From Minutocellus sp. GHC0000111 (Eukaryota): a stretch of DNA of 64,000 bases. The stretch covers positions 3,658,001 to 3,722,000 of the forward strand of contig OZ361256.1 in NCBI GenBank assembly GCA_977018835.1. Direction: 5' to 3'. Every line of letters begins with the position of its first letter. The first letter of the stretch is position 1. This document shows positions 61,255 to 64,000 of the stretch, in pieces. A program made the position numbers and the translations under genes. Under the pieces are notes generated by a model, which had not been told where the DNA came from, made no database searches, and was given only the letters and a program-made list of their open reading frames with translations.

Positions 61255-63219
61255 ATGAGGTTTACTTTATCTGCCCTTGTCACAATCGGCCTCGCCGCCA
61301 ACACACTCCTAGCGGTATCTGCCGCGCCCGAAGAGGATCGCATCGCAACATTGCCCTCCTTCGGCGCACCGCCGACAGCTCAATACTCAGGATATCTCGA
61401 TGGGACCGATGGGTGCGATACGTCTGTCAACGGCGACGAGTGCAAGATTCACGTAAGTGCTGGTTGTAGTTTGTTCTTGGTTTGAGGCCTCGCCTTCTTT
61501 TATGATACTTGGCCGTTGCATAATAAATGCTTCGTATCTTGCATGTGCCCGAAATTCTCATCACTGACGTGTTTGTATTTGTCATGCCCCGAATTCTTCC
61601 TTCTTCATATCTTCATATAATCTCAGTACTGGTACGCCACGGCCGAGGGAGATTCACCGGAGACCAAACCAGTAGTACTCTGGCTGAACGGCGGGCCGGG
61701 ATCACCATCCACATTAGGCTTTCTGCAAGAACTCGGCCCACTCCTGCTCAACAATACCGGTGGATTGCACGCCAACCCGTACGCCTGGACCAAGCTCGCG
61801 AATGCGTTTGCCATTGAGTCGCCCGTCGGCGTTGGGTATTCGTACTGCTCGGCCCAGAAGGAGGGCAAGGTGTGTCAAAACACCGACAAGTTCACGGCCA
61901 GTACCGCGCGGGCGGCCATGGTGGATTTCTTTGCGACCAAATTTCCCGACCTGGCCCAAAATGACTTTTTCATTACTGGCGAGAGTTATGCAGGCGTGTA
62001 CATACCCACCCTCGCGAAAGAGATATTGGACCATGCTCCGCAAATCAATCTGGTGGGATTGGCCATCGGTGATCCCTGCACGGACAACACGGCCCAGGCC
62101 GACAGTATGGACAGCGTGTGGTACTCGGCCAAGTACGGCCTTATCCCCGACGCCGAGTTTGATCTGTTGTGGAATCAATGCAAGCTCCGTCAGCCAAACA
62201 TTATGATGCAGGGGGGCAAGTATGCGGTGTGGGAAAGGATCAAGCAGCATGTGCTCGACAATCATTACTTGGACTTGGCACATCCGGATACTAACTTGGC
62301 CGACGAAGACGTCAAGGCGATCATTCGCAAGGCCATCCGAAAGGTCGTGCACCATCCCGGCGATGACTTTGTCGGTGGGGGCAAGTGCAACCTCGCCTAC
62401 CGCAAATTTTTGATGAGCACCTCGCACGGACTGTCGCAGGGCTGGCCTCAGCTGTACATTGACGATTATTCCTTCTTTGGGCCCGGTGGATTCGATCAGG
62501 AGGATGAAGATATGGCGACGTACATGATGCGCGAGGATGTTAGGGAGGCGCTGCATGTGGCCGATGCACCGACGACCACCTGGCCTCACCCTCCTCAGGG
62601 ATTTGACTACACTTCCGAGTATGACGCGTGTAATTGGGGAGACATCCCCGAGGGAGCACCGTCGATGATTGACATTATTCGAGAGATTGCGCCAAAATTG
62701 GAGATTGTTCAGTATTACAATGGTGATACCGACCCCTGCGTTAGCTGGGAGGGTACTCGAACGGCCATTGAACGTGTTGGATTCAAGGAGATCAAGGGAG
62801 GCAGTATGCGTCCTTGGTTCTACAATCATACCGCGGCCAGTATGGAGCTGATTGCCGAGAAATCAGCAATGTTCGGTCCGGATCTTCTCACGGTCCCTAC
62901 CGGTGCTCAGTTCGGTGGTGAGTACGTCAACTATGAAAACGGTCTCAGCTTCATGACTGTACACGGAAGTGGGCATATGGTCCCAATGTTTCGCCCGCAG
63001 GCCTCTCTTGCATTCATCGAGAAGGTGCTAAAGAGGGAGCTCTTGTCACCGCTCATGCCGTCCAACCACACTCTTGTTGAGATGACCGATGATGAGTTTG
63101 AAGACACCATCAAGACATGGACTGTCGGTGCTATGGGGCCACCCTATGTTGGTGCTGGTGTTGCGCCCAAGTCTCTCAAGAAGCTCGAGGGTGATTTCGA
63201 CGAGGCGAAGACTGAATAG
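61255..63219 (+). CDS. Serine carboxypeptidase, family S10; intron 61453-61626
   Basis: Signal peptide, QYSGYL, WLNGGPG, ESPVGVGYSY, GESYAG, NGDTD, VHGSGHMVP. Confidence 0.95.
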
Positions 63220-64000
63220 ATTATGTTCTACGTACTTAGACTTCGTAAGTTATGACTAAAATAGCACAATTACAATTCAATGTTATCAGTGCCGGCAATA
63301 GACTTTAGAGGTTGTAGACTAATCTCAAGCATCGGCAGTCGATCCTTGGCTTCTTGAGCCTCTGTCCGTCTTATCTCCTGGACTATGTTTTGTATTGCCG
63401 ATGCAGATCGACGCCGAAGCACTTTTTCCTTTTCAAAAAATATATTCGATCGCCCAGTCGGTGCGGTAGCTTCACAGGCAGGCAGAAGATGTGCCAAAGA
63501 TGCGATCTACGGGATCTTTTGCACTGAATCTCTCAAGCATATGCTAATGGGTCAGTTCACCAAAGAAAGATCCTGTAGTTACTGGTCAAATCAATTGTTC
63601 CAGACACCATCGTAACCCAACGGTGTCCACCACACATTCTGACCACGCGTCATGAAGCGCCGACGAAAGTAGGTGTTTGAGGGACGTCATGCCGAATTTC
63701 GCGCAGCCAAATCGCCCCGACACGGACTACTTATATCTTATACGTGAGTGAAGAGGTTTTCTTGGTCTGCGTGGCCTTTTGAATCGATTGGGGCGGGATC
63801 CATCTCATTGGGGCCTACAATCGCCGTCTTGCGGGGGGTGGTAAGTGAAATGGCGAAACATGTGCCGAAAATGTGCGATCCATGATACGTTTACACCGAA
63901 ACCCTCCCTTACATATATCTCAAGCGCGTTATATAAACCGTGTTTTGGTCAGCGGTCAGTTCGGAAGAGCATACGATAAGCATCGCCAGGCGATCACCAT

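Overview
Eukaryotic nuclear DNA, most likely a diatom. This is inferred from short GT-AG introns, compact genes, RxL-type cell-wall protein motifs and U-box/Sel1 and bacterial-type STAND ATPase families. About 25 gene loci are recognisable: apparently intact genes (SRP54, NAD-GPDH, isochorismatase, PhyH dioxygenase, S10 carboxypeptidase, HMG-box, heme-thiolate peroxidase, a 2OG-Fe(II)/ankyrin protein) mixed with about as many broken loci carrying frameshifts, nonsense codons, internal deletions or truncations. Main structural features: (1) a 2029-bp hAT transposon with an exact 8-bp TSD inside a U-box/Sel1 gene; (2) a 1846-bp dispersed duplication with chimeric junctions; (3) three STAND-ATPase/TPR-like paralogs with a Cys/His N-terminal domain (one intact, two pseudogenes); (4) a cNMP-binding/ACT/mitochondrial-carrier fusion gene; (5) recurrent TA-flanked palindromic micro-insertions that look like transposon excision footprints. 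Domain calls come from motif recognition only, with no database searches, and some single-base frameshifts may be assembly errors.
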